Below, in pieces: positions 1-13,821 of a DNA stretch of 64,000 nucleotides (its first letter is position 1; each line of letters starts with the position of its first letter). Under the pieces are notes generated by a model that was not told the DNA's origin, did not search any database, and worked only from the letters and a program-made list of their open reading frames with translations. This stretch comes from Amoebidium appalachense (Eukaryota > Protista > Ichthyosporea). Location: positions 7,144,713 to 7,208,712 of the forward strand of contig CAVNZM010000013.1 in NCBI GenBank assembly GCA_963693365.1, given 5' to 3'. Made by a program: the position numbers and the translations under genes.

Positions 1-608
1 CGACCTGGAGGGGCAGCAGCACCGCGTGGTGGGGCTGGACTGCGAGTGGGTCTATCGGGTGGGCCAGGCGCGGTCCAAGGTTTGCACGCTGCAGATTGCC
101 ACCGCACGGGCCGTGTACATCTTCCACTTGGCACGCATGGGCCCCAACCACAGCCCGCCCGCGCGGCTGGTGGACGAGCTGATTGCGCTGCTTAGGGACC
201 CCAGCATCATCAAGGTGGGCAAGCAGATCGGCACGGACTCGGCCCACCTCAACAAGGACTACGGCACCCCTGTGGCCAGCTATCTGGAGCTGGGCCGGTT
301 CTGCTATGCCCGTGCAGCTATCACCTCTGCGGCCCGGGGCTTGGCCGACATCACTGCCCAGGTCATAGGCAAGAAGCTGCCCAAGCCGGCACTTGTTCGA
401 TGCTCCAACTGGCACGAGCCGCTATCAGAGGTGCAGGCCACCTACGCTGCCCTTGATGCATATGCGTCCCTGCAGGTCTACTCGGCCGTGGTCGATAGGC
501 CAAACCTGTCAGGTGTGTATCCCACCTGCTTTTTGCCCCAGTGCTTATGTGCTTATGCCAGATATAGAAAGATTGTGGGCCCCCCAGAGGGGAGAGGGGA
601 GGGGGAGG

Positions 609-640
<32 letters not shown>

Positions 641-734
641 TGGCTGACCACATGGGCCAGTGTTCCAGTTGTGTTATGCTGGGTGTCGGGTGGCTATCAA
701 AGGAGGGGGTGATTGGTGGTGGTGGTGGTGGTGG

Positions 735-765
<31 letters not shown>

Positions 766-1808
766 TATAGCACTGTTAACACGTGCAAGTGCCACACAAG
801 CTGGGCACTGGGAGAGGGGGGGGGGGAGGGAGAAGGGGGGGGGGGGGGGGGGGGGGGGGGAGGGGGTTGCTAAGGAATATGCATTTGATTTTTGTGGAGC
901 GAAGAGAAAAACGTTGGTGCTGTGGCTTTTTGGCTGAGTTTTTTGCTTCCCTCTATGACATGCAGCGCGGCTTCATGCAAAGGCACTCGGTGAAGGGGTT
1001 GAGATTGTGCCCCGGCGGGGCCCACATGCTGCAGCAGCCACCGGGGTGGTGCTGGCTGTGCAGCCGGAGCGCTGGGGGGGCATGAAGGTGGGCAAGAAGC
1101 ATGCAGTGGTGCGGGTGGATCAGGTGCTGTCGCCGGCCATGCAGGTGCCCTTTGGCCCCGACAAGGGCAAGACCCTGGGAGAGCTGGGCCCGCCGCCCTT
1201 TGAGCTGATGGTGCACCTGCAGTGGCTACGGCCCATTCAGCCCCCACCGGACCCAGGTGCCGAGGTGCCGGTGGTCCCTGACCCAGCCCCTCCCCCTGCC
1301 AGTCCTCCCCCTGCCGAGCAGCAGCAACCCCTTGCCGGCCCACAGGCACCCCCCCAGGACCCCCAGGCAGCCCCGGGGGGCCTTGAGGCAGCCCCAGGGG
1401 GACCCGAGGCAGCTCCCAGAGAGGGCATGTTGGGCCAGGCACCGCCTGGGGAGGTGGTGTGGCAGACTGTGCTGAATGACGCCTTCCACTCCATTGCAAA
1501 CACGGCGGACGGCACGTACAAGTCACACCCCCGCAGGGCTGAGTACGCACGCTCACTCAGCGAGGCAATATTTGTGTGGAATGAAGAGGATTACGGACAT
1601 GTGAAGGTGCCCCCCCCTCCCCCCCCCCCCAAAATAAAAAATAAAAAATAAAAATAAAAAAAACGGCAACAACAACATGCGTGACTGACGCGCACACACA
1701 CATACACTCGTTAGCACACACTCACCATTCCACCCACAACCATGCACACCTTCGACAAAACTTCTGAGGGAAGAGAGAGAGCCTGAGCCTCAGAGAGAGG
1801 GGGGGCAA

Positions 1809-1848
<40 letters not shown>

Positions 1849-2439
1849 GGGGGGGGAGGGGGGGAGGAGAGTGGGGGTTATTCATATGCCTAGAGAGAAA
1901 TAATGTAGGGTTGTGGGGGGAAATAGCCACATGCATTTTTTACTTGTGTTGGGGGAGAAGATGGGGGGGGTGGAGGGGAGGGGTCCTACAATAACGGCAG
2001 GTATCAAAGTCTACCAAACCCAAATTGCAGTGTGCGTAGTAAATTAATATTGGCATCCTGCCTCACAGGGGGTGCTGGAGCAGAAGGGCATCGACATTGA
2101 AACCGAGCTCAAGGGCGGCGACCTGAGCTACTTCATGGAGCGCATCCGGCGGGTTATTCCCGACCCATACACGCTGGTCTCGCGGCTGGTGGAGTTCAAA
2201 AACACCTACAAGGATGTGCCGCCCGGACCGGATGGCAAGCCTCTGTTCAAGAAGGATGGCTTTGAAAGACTCGAGGCAACAACCCCCCCCCCCCCCCCTC
2301 CCCCTGCAGGCGCCCAACAACTCCACCACCACAGAAAAGATTCTTCGCTTATTTGTCATCCTTGGTTCATCTGCACACACACGCACACCCTAGCCTCCCC
2401 CCCCCCCCCCCCCCCCCCCCCCAAACATACACACACACA

Positions 2440-2497
<58 letters not shown>

Positions 2498-2569
2498 CCC
2501 GCACGGCCCTTGCTGCCTAGCCAGTTGTTTTTTGCCTTTCCCTGCTCGTTTTTTTCCTTAGCAACCCCA

Positions 2570-2614
<45 letters not shown>

Positions 2615-4283
2615 ACACACATACACACACACTACCACCACCACCACCCACCCATCTCTCTGATGTTTGCTTGTGCCCCCACAGTCGCTGCTCGAACACG
2701 CCCAAAATGGCTGTCTGTCGGACCCCCCCGGCCTGCCCCTCTACTACGAGACCACTGCCGACGCAGATGGGCTCATGCGCTACCGCTGCATCCGGGGCAC
2801 CAACGAGGTGGAGGGGGCAGTGCACAACCCCCTGGCCACCCACTTTGGGGCCACACGCATGTCGCTGCGCCTGCTGGACGCCACCATGTCCAATAGGCGC
2901 CACCGCCACAACCTGCGTGCACACTACCGCAACCGCCTGGGTCAGGCATCGGGGCCCCCCCACTACAGCCCCTGGATTGTTGACGACATGGAGGCACTGG
3001 CGCTGATGCTGTACGGCCATCACCTCGACCCCCAGTGGGTACCCGTAGGCTGCTACAAGCTACCGGAGGAGTACTTCAACTTTGCCCCGCTCTCCTGTGT
3101 GGCCAATGCCCCGGCGCAGGAGCCAGTTGCGGTGCCCGCACCCCCACCTCCGTCTGATAACATCGAGCCTGCAGCCAATGGCGTGATGGGCGGGCCAGAG
3201 GACTGTGAGGTCGAGGAGGGTGACGGTGCTGCCATGGGGGGGGGCAACCAGGTGGCGCGTGGTGCACCACAGCCGGACCCTGCACTGAGGGGCGACTACA
3301 AGTTCCTGGCGCAGAAGCAACATGTGGCCATCCCCTTCCTTCCGGTGCTTACCCCTCAGGAGCGCAAGCTATTCAGCACGCTGCTCCTGGGCACCTACAA
3401 GGCACATGCAAAGCCCAACGGCCAGCTGTTCGAGGCTTTGGCCCAAGACTTCAACAAGGCTGCCTCTGTGGCTGGGGGAATCTACATGAAGGATGCGGCC
3501 TACATCAAGAAGCATTTCGACAAGTGGAAGACCTGGCAGACGGCACATGCACAGCGCTCCACACACGAGGGCCTGGCAGATCACCGCAAGCGTATGCGCG
3601 AGGAGAGGGCAGACGCTGTGCCAGCAACCATACGGCCTGCCCCCTTGCCACCCCTCCCTGTTCCAGACGGTGTCGATGCAGGGGCGCAGCGTGAGCGGCC
3701 CTTGCCCATGCTAGTGGGCAAAAAGCATCGCAACATTGGCCCTGAGGGGCCCCTGCAGATGGATTTGCCGGTGCCCCCTCCTATGCAGCCACCCCAGAGA
3801 GCCCCCAAGACCTGCAAGACGTGTGGCCGCCAGGGCAAGGGCTGCCCCGGCTCCAATCGGGCCAAGAGCTGCCCACGTTGGGTTGCAGCCAATCAGGATG
3901 CCATGCCACCAGCACCCGCGCTTGACATGCAGCAGGGCCATGTGCCGCACATGCCCCCTGCACCCCATCCAGGCCCGCACCACCCACATGGCTGGCCCCC
4001 ACCGTGGGGCATCATGCCGCCTCAGCCCGGCCCTGCCTTCCCCATGCCTGGGCTACTGCCGCAGCACGGTCCCCATCCTTACTTGGGCCATGTGGGCCAG
4101 CCCTCGGCTGGTGGGCAGTTCCCACCCCCTTCTCGTGCATCTGCTGTGCTGGGCCTGGCGTTGCCACCTGCTGGAGAGACGCAGCTGCAATGGCACGATC
4201 GAAAGCAAAGTAATCGTGGCCGCAAGTCTGCAGGCAGCCAATCAGGATCTCAGAGTAGTCAGAGTAGCCAAACTAGTGTCTAA
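1..4283 (+). CDS. Dada-type DDE transposase with inserted DEDDy (WRN-like) 3'-5' exonuclease; 5'-partial, 4 visible exons
   Basis: Inferred exons <1-512, 966-1606, 2069-2275, 2685-4283 join in phase. Exonuclease motifs VGLDCEW...LQIA...KVG...VRCSNW...YAALDA are followed by DxxH (LNDAFH), SDPPGLPLY and YRCIRGTNEVEG (likely third catalytic E), then a C-terminal CxxC-x6-C-x8-C cluster. A DEDDy domain upstream of DxxH is known from some Dada transposases. Confidence 0.75.
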
Positions 4284-4705
4284 TATTGGAATGTACACCA
4301 ATGTAACGGATCTCATATGTGTTGTAGTGCTTCAAGTTATACCTGTTCTTCGTACAGTCATGTTAGGGGGGAGGGGGGGGGGGGGGGGGGGGGGGGGGCT
4401 AGCTTTCATTCCGAAGTTTACTGTAAAGAATTAAAATTTAGAATCTGAGTAATAAATAGTACAGAGCCTTTGCACTTTTCTCTGTTTGTTAGGAATTCTT
4501 TGTGATCGAGAGTATGGTGTGTTAGACTATTGGTGTTAATGTGTCCTGGAAGGTGTATAATGTCTGCTGGCCGTAGTCAGTATCTATTTTTAGGTATATA
4601 GTATATTTTTAAATGTTGGCCGCTGGCCAATAAATAGCAAATAATAAACACACGATAAAGTCAACAGCGTGCCAAAAAACTAATCCCCAGCGAGCGCACC
4701 CAGTG
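1..4705 (+). mobile_element. Probable Dada DNA transposon (right part; right boundary uncertain)
   Basis: Transposase gene above plus about 420 bp of AT-richer 3' sequence that ends at a (TG)n tract. The left end lies outside the window. Confidence 0.5.
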
Positions 4706-4706
4706 A

Positions 4707-4728
4707 TGTGTGTGTGTGTGTGTGTGTC

Positions 4729-4792
<64 letters not shown>

Positions 4793-4920
4793 CGCGTGCG
4801 TGCGTGTGTGTGTGTGTGTGCGTGCGTGCGTGCGTGTGTGCGTGTGTGCGTGTGTGCGTGTGTGCGTGTGTGTGTGTGAGTGTGTGTGTGTGTGTGTGTA
4901 TGTGTGGTGTGGTGTGTGCG
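4707..4920. repeat. (TG)n/(CG)n microsatellite
   Basis: Directly visible dinucleotide tract. Confidence 0.95.
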
Positions 4921-6130
4921 CGGCTTGTACATATGTACGTGTTCATGTGCACCTGTGTCGGACCTACGAAGTACATGAAAGTAAATTTTGACAGCATCGA
5001 TCTGCCGGTGTGTATGTGTATGTGTGCCAGTGCAGCAGGTGTGCCTTGTAACTGATAGCTTCGCATTTTACGTGTGTGTATATATAGTAGTACGCATAGA
5101 CACTTGCTGATCATTCGGATCGACATTAATATTTAATCTGTCGGTCCTCGGTTTTTTGAGTGAATGATGATCAAGTGTAAGAGCATTCACTTGGCAAGTA
5201 TTAATGTTGCAGAGGCTAGCTGCAGCTGCAAGCGTCGGATGCACACTGACAATTGTCTTTTCAGCGAGTCTAACCTGCAGGCAGCAGCTGCACACATATA
5301 GGGTTGTTATCTTGCGGCACATGCACGGTGATCATTTCAGAGTAATAGAGTTCAGAGCAATGAAAATAATGAAAATAACTAAACTTTGTGACTACTTTAA
5401 AGTTGCTGAGATCATACGTGGTGCAAGCTGCACTATGAACACATGTATAGTGCTAGTAATTAATACATTTTTGTTGCCTTCTGCAGGGTTATCGTAGCTA
5501 CGTCACGGCCTGCACTCAGGGGGGGGAGGGGGGGGGGGAGAGGGGGGATGATTCGAAGGGGGTATAAATAAGAACATGCACCTAAAGGTCTTTCCCGTGG
5601 ATCCTCCCCCCTCCCCCCCCCACCTCTCCCTCCCCCGGGGCCCCATACTATGATATCTAGGCCCAATATTATATGCCCCTTCCCCCCCCCCCCCCCCCCC
5701 TCCTCTCCGGATCCCCGGACCCCACTTCCCTACCCGGAGGCTCAAGAGCTCCCCCTTCCCCTTCCCCCCCCCCCCTCCCCCCCCCCCCCCCAAGGCTTAC
5801 GGGGGCCCTTCTTCATCGAGGGGGAGGGGGTGGGGGTGGGGGGGGTGGGGGGAGGGGGTGGGGGGAGGGGAAGTGGAAGGCGGGGGTGGATGCATGTCAG
5901 CCTAGGTGAATTCAATTGTTTAACTCCAGTGTGCAGGACTGGTCTGAAGGCTTAAGAAAACAACGAGGAAATGGGGTCCAGTGGAGGTGGTGGTGGTGTT
6001 CTGTGTGTGTGTGTACACGTGCACGTATGTGTGTGGTTTTTTTAAGGGGTGAGTGGTGGTGGTGGTGGTGGTGGTGGTCACCGTGGTGGTGGTGTGTGTG
6101 TCTGGTGTGTGTGTGTGTGTGTGTGGGGGT

Positions 6131-6164
<34 letters not shown>

Positions 6165-7074
6165 TAGAAAGAAAAACTGCTCGTGGGTCACTGTTTTTCG
6201 TCACTGTATTTGTAACGGGCCGCTCATATTTATATAACTACTTTAATTTAAGTACACGTGTTCATTATCATATACGATGGCCAAATATAGAAATTTTGGC
6301 GTCGAAGTTCTTGGAGCTAAAAAAACGTTTAAAAGGGGGAAATAATAGCTTGGCCCCAAATTTACCTTGCCGTTTTTAGCGAATGTATTTTTTATTCATG
6401 AGTTCTAGTGATTCAGTGAGTGCACGTGCCTGCCTCAGGCTGATCATGACAACTGCAACACACCATTCCTACATGGATATCAACCAAAAGAAAATAGTAT
6501 ATACTGTGGTGGTCTCCTAAACCTTGTGCGGCATGCGCATACATGATATTACAGTGACGCATGTGCATATTATTGTTCTGTACACCGGAGTGTGCCGGTG
6601 CACGTGGCTGTTTTGTGCACATGTTACAATAGCAGCACGATCTCCCTAAACTCCATGTTTACACATCCCTCACCCTGGCTCTGCCTTGTCGGTGCTCCAA
6701 AACACACATACAAATCCCCCTAGACTCAGTGCCTGCACATGGTCGCATTCACGTGCAGGTCACGTGACACATGCGATGCCATACTGCCGTCTACAGCAAC
6801 AACCACGGCAGCATGTATACCGGCCCAGCACGAAATATACTTATCGGCAGCCCACTGAACTCGCCCATTTTCTCTTTTTCATGTATGTCCCTCCTTTTTT
6901 GTAAAATCACCCTTTTTGGCCTCCCGGTAGTGGATTTTGCAGGATTTGACTTCTTTGAGGTCCAAAAACCTCAAATTTTCCCCGGCGGGGCCGGGGAGGG
7001 AGAATTCAAAAATTGCCCGCTCCTGATATGGTACCCGGGCCCCATTTCTACACACACATTATTCCGGGACCCAT

Positions 7075-7560
<486 letters not shown>

Positions 7561-7788
7561 TGCCTTGCCCACATTTGTCCGAAATCAGCAGTTGCTTTTC
7601 CACTTTTCCATATTCTCTTCCCTCACCCTTGTCTTTTGGAGGATCGATTTCACGGTCCGCAAATCTTGGCACAGTCACTCGCACTGAATCGGTACGATGT
7701 TATTGGGATATATTAGGACCTTTTCATGCATCAAAGGGTTCAGCAAGGGTTGCACAGAGACATATGACATCGGGGGAAAATTGGAGGG

Positions 7789-7831
<43 letters not shown>

Positions 7832-8680
7832 GGGGGGGGGAGGGGGAGGAGGAGGAGGGGGGTGAGGGGGTGAGGGGGGGGGATGGGGAGGGGGGCGAGG
7901 AGAAGGGGTAGGGGCTTATCCTGCATAAAAGGCACGTGCCGGCGACTAATTTGAGTAAACCTGGTTTGTACAGAGAAAACAAACTTTTGAACATTTGACT
8001 GCAGATTTTATTGTTTACACAGGGCACAGTCTAACGGTTCCGCATTCATTTTCTAGCTGCTTAAAACATAATGTGCTCTAATACGGAAAGAGTGGTCGGG
8101 CTCTTGACTCTCACACGGCCAAATCGCCCGACAGCACCGTGAGAGGTTGTTGGTCAAAATCGGAAAAGGGCCAAGAAAAAAGGAAGCAGCAGGAGGAGGA
8201 AAAACAAGGGGGGGGGGGGGGGGGAGGGGGGGGAGGAGGGGGGACTAGATTTCAACGGCATTCATACATTACAATGGGTCTAATGTAAAGAGAAATATGA
8301 CACATGGTGTGATACGGAATTAAATTCAAAGCTTAGCGATTCCACACCGTGAGTGCACCTACTCAGGTCAAAGAGGACTAGATCGTGCTCTTTTTTGTTA
8401 AATTTTTCCTGCTTTTCTTGACATCCTGGGGGGTTTCGTTGATCGAACAGTACAAAAACCCGCTCTCCGCGCTTCCTAAAAAATAAAACAAAAATAAAAA
8501 TATCGATAACTTTCAACGGTCAACGTCCCCCACCTCTTGCCTCCCTAACAAACAACATTAAAATAAATGAGTTAACCGAAAGTGTGGCCGTATCCGTGAG
8601 TGCAAATGGTAAATCATGTGTGATATCGAACCAATGCCCCCTAATTAATAAATTATAACAAAGCCGCATTATTGATGCGG

Positions 8681-9811
8681 TTAGGGCCCATTGTAGCTGC
8701 GATTAGCGTCGTAGCGAATTGTTGGCTGGCTGTTTCCACTTCCATATTTAGCAATGTCGTTAAAGGTGCCAGCACTTCGGAAGTGAGTGTCCCAGACAGA
8801 GGCACCCTTGCCGGATTTGTTGTTGGAGTAGTAACCCCCCAGATTGATTGTTCCGTAGTTGCGGTTGTTGGCAAAAACCCCACCTCGGTCACCCTCGCAC
8901 TCATTACTGTCGAAATAACCTTTTATGGTTATCGTTCCCCGATTCTGCGCAATCCATGCGGCACCACCGCGCGCACCGCTGTCCCATCCAAAGTTCTGCG
9001 CTTTGTTGCGCACAAATTCAGAATGAATGTCAATAGAAACCCCCGCAGATACGTTTCCAACCCATAGAGCCCCCCCTCCGTTGGCACGGTTGTTGATGAA
9101 TTTATTGTTCCACAGCTGCAGACTTCCACTGGTAATTTTGTTGATGCCGATCGCACCCCCACACCCATGCCCAAACTGGTGCTGGTTGTTTTCGAATCTG
9201 CTATCAGTAACTTTCACACTGCCGCCGGCGTTTTCAATCCAGATGGCACCGCCTCCCTCGTACATTTCTGTATCAAAATTCACGACGTTGTTAACAAACA
9301 CGGAGCTAGAAATGTCGACATTCTTTGTGGTGCCGACGAAAAACACGCTGCCTCCCCTCGCCCCAGTGTTGAAGTCTCGAAACGAACACCTGCGCACCAC
9401 GAGGTTGACTGTACCAAGGTAATCCGTGGTCGGGAAGTAACCCGTTCCCAGGCCCCGTGTTCTGAGCACACTGCCATACCCTCCCGCATTCGCAAATCTA
9501 ATGTTCTCCAGCGTGACGGTTATCCCACTCGTAGTTGCGCGGAAAATTGTGTCGCCTGGGCGTGACCCGTCGATGTTTGCGGTTAAGGTGGGTGTTCGGC
9601 CCCCTGCCCCAACAAATGCAACAGACTTCCACAAGTCGACCTCCCCCCAGACGGTATAATCGCTATTCACTCGAATGGTGCCTCCGGAAGGGGCAGCGTC
9701 GACTGCTTCCCAGATGGAGTCGAAGCATTTGCGGTTGGTTTGGAAGGTGCAGGCTGAGGCGGTGGTGAAGAGCGCCGCGACCACAGGTAGAACGACGATA
9801 GTTTTGTTCAT
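8681..9811 (-). CDS. Secreted right-handed beta-helix (pectin-lyase-like fold) protein with Pmp-like GGA/FxxN repeats, intronless
   Basis: 376-aa ORF with a signal peptide (MNKTIVVLPVVAALFTTASA) and an SIWEAVDAAPSGGTI cap. It has repeated FxxN...GGA(I/L/A) motifs (FVNN/GGAIW, FENN/GGAIG, FINN/GGALW, FVRN/GGAAW, FDSN/GGVF). Confidence 0.85.
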   Translation of the reverse strand: MNKTIVVLPVVAALFTTASACTFQTNRKCFDSIWEAVDAAPSGGTIRVNSDYTVWGEVDLWKSVAFVGAGGRTPTLTANIDGSRPGDTIFRATTSGITVTLENIRFANAGGYGSVLRTRGLGTGYFPTTDYLGTVNLVVRRCSFRDFNTGARGGSVFFVGTTKNVDISSSVFVNNVVNFDTEMYEGGGAIWIENAGGSVKVTDSRFENNQHQFGHGCGGAIGINKITSGSLQLWNNKFINNRANGGGALWVGNVSAGVSIDIHSEFVRNKAQNFGWDSGARGGAAWIAQNRGTITIKGYFDSNECEGDRGGVFANNRNYGTINLGGYYSNNKSGKGASVWDTHFRSAGTFNDIAKYGSGNSQPTIRYDANRSYNGP

Positions 9812-9990
9812 GTTTGGAGTAGTGTTTAAGGCCGCCCAGGAAATTTCTTAGCCTATCTGAATCCCGCAGCTAGCTTATACGGTGGCAGAATCGGCTAGCT
9901 ACAAGGTGTGGTGGTCGCAGGCGTCTTTTTGTAACACTCTATCGGCAATGAAGTTGCGGTTGAACTGAAAGAAGGTTGAGCCTGTGTGCC

Positions 9991-9998
9991 TTTTTATA
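9991..9998 (-). promoter_or_regulatory. Putative TATA box for the beta-helix gene
   Basis: TATAAAAA on the minus strand about 180 bp upstream of the ATG at 9811. Confidence 0.35.
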
Positions 9999-11630
9999 CA
10001 CGGTGGAAAGAAGGGACGAATGCATTCCAAACAGTCGCTGCGCCACTTTTGATTCGCTCGGAGCGCATCAGATCCTCAAATCTTGATTTCACTAATCAAA
10101 TGAGCTCACGAACTGCAACGTCAGGATTCGTTAGCCAACCAACAGCTTTGGAATGTTAAGATTGTCGATTTTAGCCAATCATCGAATTGTAAATAAACCA
10201 TATTTGGTTTCGTTTCGGGAGTTCCCACGGTCACTGATTCCGTGTCTTGTGCGCGGAAAATTTGAAATAGGATTTGCAGAGCACAACTATGGGGGCATCT
10301 GCTGATTACTAGCCGTACATGTACATGTGATATGGGGCATCTGAATCCACGTAAACAAACGCTGGCTGTTGGCTTCTTGCATTTGCCCATCCGATATGAT
10401 GTCCCGTTCACCCACTTTCACCCACGGTACGTATACGCCACACAATCATGCGGAGGGTTTCCAGCGGCCGCACCATCCTGGCCGGCTGGACCTGGAGGGA
10501 TGGGCGAAGGAGGAAGCACTGGTAGTGTGCGTGGGTCCCAATGGCAGAAGTCATCTTTGGCTCTGTGATCAAGGTACGAGATGAGGTACATGACGCACGT
10601 GCATGCGTGTACATGTGCTCTGGTTGGAGCCCGACTCAAAACGGGAGGGCCTGGGAGCAAGAGTGATTCTACCGGCAGATTCAAAAAAGACTCTCCCGGG
10701 TCGATACACGTCAGGTGGGCTCAGATAGGAGGTTGCCATGGTCGTAATGTGAGTGGCAAGTGGAGTTTTATTAAACGAGTAGTAGTGGAGGGGGCCGGCG
10801 GGCATGGGTCGGGGGGTTGGGGGTGGGGGTGGGGGGGGGGGGGTGGGGTGGGGGGGGAGGGGAGGAGGGGGGGGGGGGGGAGGGGGGGGGGGGGGAGTAT
10901 GGAGACGGGTAAAGGGACCCCCGGGCGGGTGGGGGGTGCTGGGGGGGGGAGGGGGGGGGAGGAAGGGGCGGTGGAGGAGGGGGGAGGAGCGAGGAGGAGG
11001 TGGGGAGGGGGGATACTTTCGACCAGTCTATCAGGTCATTGTATTGGCTATGCGAGAGTACACTATGAAGGTACACTGAGTGATTTTAAGTGTCATATAA
11101 CCTTGGCTTCAAAATGTGGCCAGGGAGAAACACAAACACCGTTCAAATAACAGTACTGCTGCAACCCTCCCCCCCCCCCCCCCCCTCCCCCCCCCCCCCC
11201 CCCCCCCCCCCTCTTCTTCCTGGCGCCCACCCACCACCACAACTACCATAGAGAGGTGATTAGGCCGCTCTCGGAGTTTGCCAGATTGAGTTTTCAGTGA
11301 AACACACATGCATGTATTGATAAAATTTGGCACAGGGCGTTCCGGAGAGAGTTAAGTTACTAATAATTTGCATGAAACATCATTGCGGAAAAAGCTTTTG
11401 CGTGCCGAACCCCCCTCCCCCCCCCCCCCCCCCCTGTAATGAAAGGCCCTAGAGATTGCCAGACCGATGTACAATCGGGCCTCTTGGTCTCCATTTTTGG
11501 AATGTTCCCGGAGGCTCTTATTTCCCTTTCTTTGGGCCACCTTTTTTTTTCTTCCTATCTGTTAATTTCTTTCTTTCTTTCTTGATTTGGTAGTGGCGGG
11601 TTTCAGAGTGCGACTTTTTTTCTTTCTTTC

Positions 11631-11661
<31 letters not shown>

Positions 11662-12146
11662 GTGCTTGTGTGTGTGTAGGGGGGTGAGGGGGAGGGGGAA
11701 AGCATTGAGACCTTTCGTAGAGCATGCTTGGTGCAGAAAGCGCGGACAAGTGGTGGTGGTGGCAGCGGACAGTTCGAACTTCAAGTACCCCTTCACAACG
11801 AACAGTATAATGTCGATTACAAAGAAGGGTGGGTTGTTGTTGTTGGAAGGGGGGGGGGGGGGGGGGGGGGGGAGGGGGATAAATTGTTCCAAGTTTCCAA
11901 CGTCCCCCCCCCCCCCCCCCCCGTTTTGTTACGTGATTTGATTCCTTTGCCGTTAAAAAATGCTCTTGGCACCGGTTAGATCCACAGATTCGATTGGATG
12001 CAGCGTGGAGGAAGGGGGGGGGGGGGGACCCGGGTCAATCCTAACATACCCTCCTTCCTCCCCCCCTTCAAATCTCACCACGTATGTGCGTGCTTTTCTT
12101 TTTCTTTTTTTTTTTTTTTTGGCGGCGGCGGCGGTGGTGTGTGTGT

Positions 12147-12191
<45 letters not shown>

Positions 12192-12562
12192 GAGACTCTT
12201 TTTGCAATCCACGCACCATACATGACATCGTATGTCGGGGCTTTCTTTTATACTTGTTACATAGTTTTGGCAAATGATGTAAATTGCAAAGATCACCAAC
12301 ATGCGAATGTGAACAATTTACTAAAGATACCCTGAATGATACCCCTCGATTTCAAGGGCTGCTCAAGGAAGAAATATACTAAATTCGTATTCGCAGATAT
12401 TCGGCAGTTTGGCACTCCCGAAGCAGAAGGAAGCGAATGTAAATATCGTGCTTATCCCTAGAAAGTGGATAAAACCAGGAATACTATTCATACACGGTGA
12501 GTATATACAACAAATACCTCGGGGGGGATAGCCAGGCCTGCACCGTAACGAGATATCACTAC

Positions 12563-12681
12563 ATAAAACGGTATCTCACCATCGCACAAGTCTCCTAAAT
12601 TGTAGGGTTGTCCTAAATAAAACGGTATCTCACCATCGCACAATTTTCCTAAATTGTAGGGTTGTCCTAAATTGTAGGGTT
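12563..12681. repeat. Tandem duplication, about 53-bp unit x2 plus a partial subunit
   Basis: ATAAAACGGTATCTCACCATCGCACAA..TCCTAAATTGTAGGGTTGTCCTA twice, then AATTGTAGGGTT again. Confidence 0.85.
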
Positions 12682-12975
12682 TTTGGATAACTCAAAAGTT
12701 GTATATTTCAAATGCCGGAAGCGATAGGCTAACATAGGGGCATGATCACAGTAAGGAAGCTGACAGCTGCCAACGAATGCAAGCATGAAAGGAGTATCCC
12801 GGAGATGTGGAAATACAGGAAAAAAGATATCTAGGCAAAGGATGTCTAAACAATAAGCTGACGGCAAGAACATGCCACATGAAGAAATGGCAGTTACCCA
12901 CGAGTAGATACACAGCCAACACCCAGGTTTCACCCACCACCCAACCAGCATGCACGGATCGACCTACAGATCCAA

Positions 12976-13784
12976 TCAAAACACATGAATCTTGTTCTCC
13001 TCTGAATCTGTCACATACACATAGCCCTTCTTATCTCCTGCCATCCCCCACGGCATAACCATATTCATGCCGATCGTCGTACGGTAACCACCCTCGGGCC
13101 CAAAAACCTGCAAATTCCCGGTCCCCCCATCCGCAACCAAAATATTGTCGTGTCGGTCGACAAAAACCCCCCTTGGGTGAACCAAACGGCCTGGGGAATG
13201 CTTGGGGGGCTCAATGGACATGAGGATTCTCCCAATTTCCGGATCGAAATACACCAATTTCTGCTCGTCACGCAGGGAGATGACCCAATATCCACGAGAA
13301 GTGCACGAAATTCCGGACGGGCCTCTCCCAATAAGGTATTCCGTAACATATGTCCCATCCAATGTGAAAACCTGTATCCGATCATTCATGTAATCGGCGA
13401 TTATGGCTTTTTCAGTGATGAGGTCGATGAAAATTGCAGAAATGTGTTGGAATTCCCCGGGGCCGGTGCCGGTTTGGCCAAACTGGCTGATGAGGGTTCC
13501 GTCCTTTGAGTAGACCCGGACCTCGTCCACTTGCTTGTGATCCCCCCGGCACCCAACGAACACATTACCCTGCAAGGGGATTCGGTCAGTATGGCTCCAT
13601 CAAAAAGAAAGCAAGCGATAAAAAAAACCCATCTTGAAAATCACAATAATGAAAAAGAAATCAGCCCCGAAGAGAGAGGATGAGGAGGGAGAGGGAGGGG
13701 AAGGGGCATCCGGGGCAAAATGAAGAGAGCATGGCCGTTGCAAAGATGATTCCGTTCAATTGCAATTGAAACCAAGAAGGCTTC

Positions 13785-13821
<37 letters not shown>

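Noticed and set aside
5504-5942. Possible MITE with imperfect TIRs (GGCCTGCAC / GTGCAGGAC)
   Set aside because: Short mismatched IR, no TSD found and no second copy in the window.
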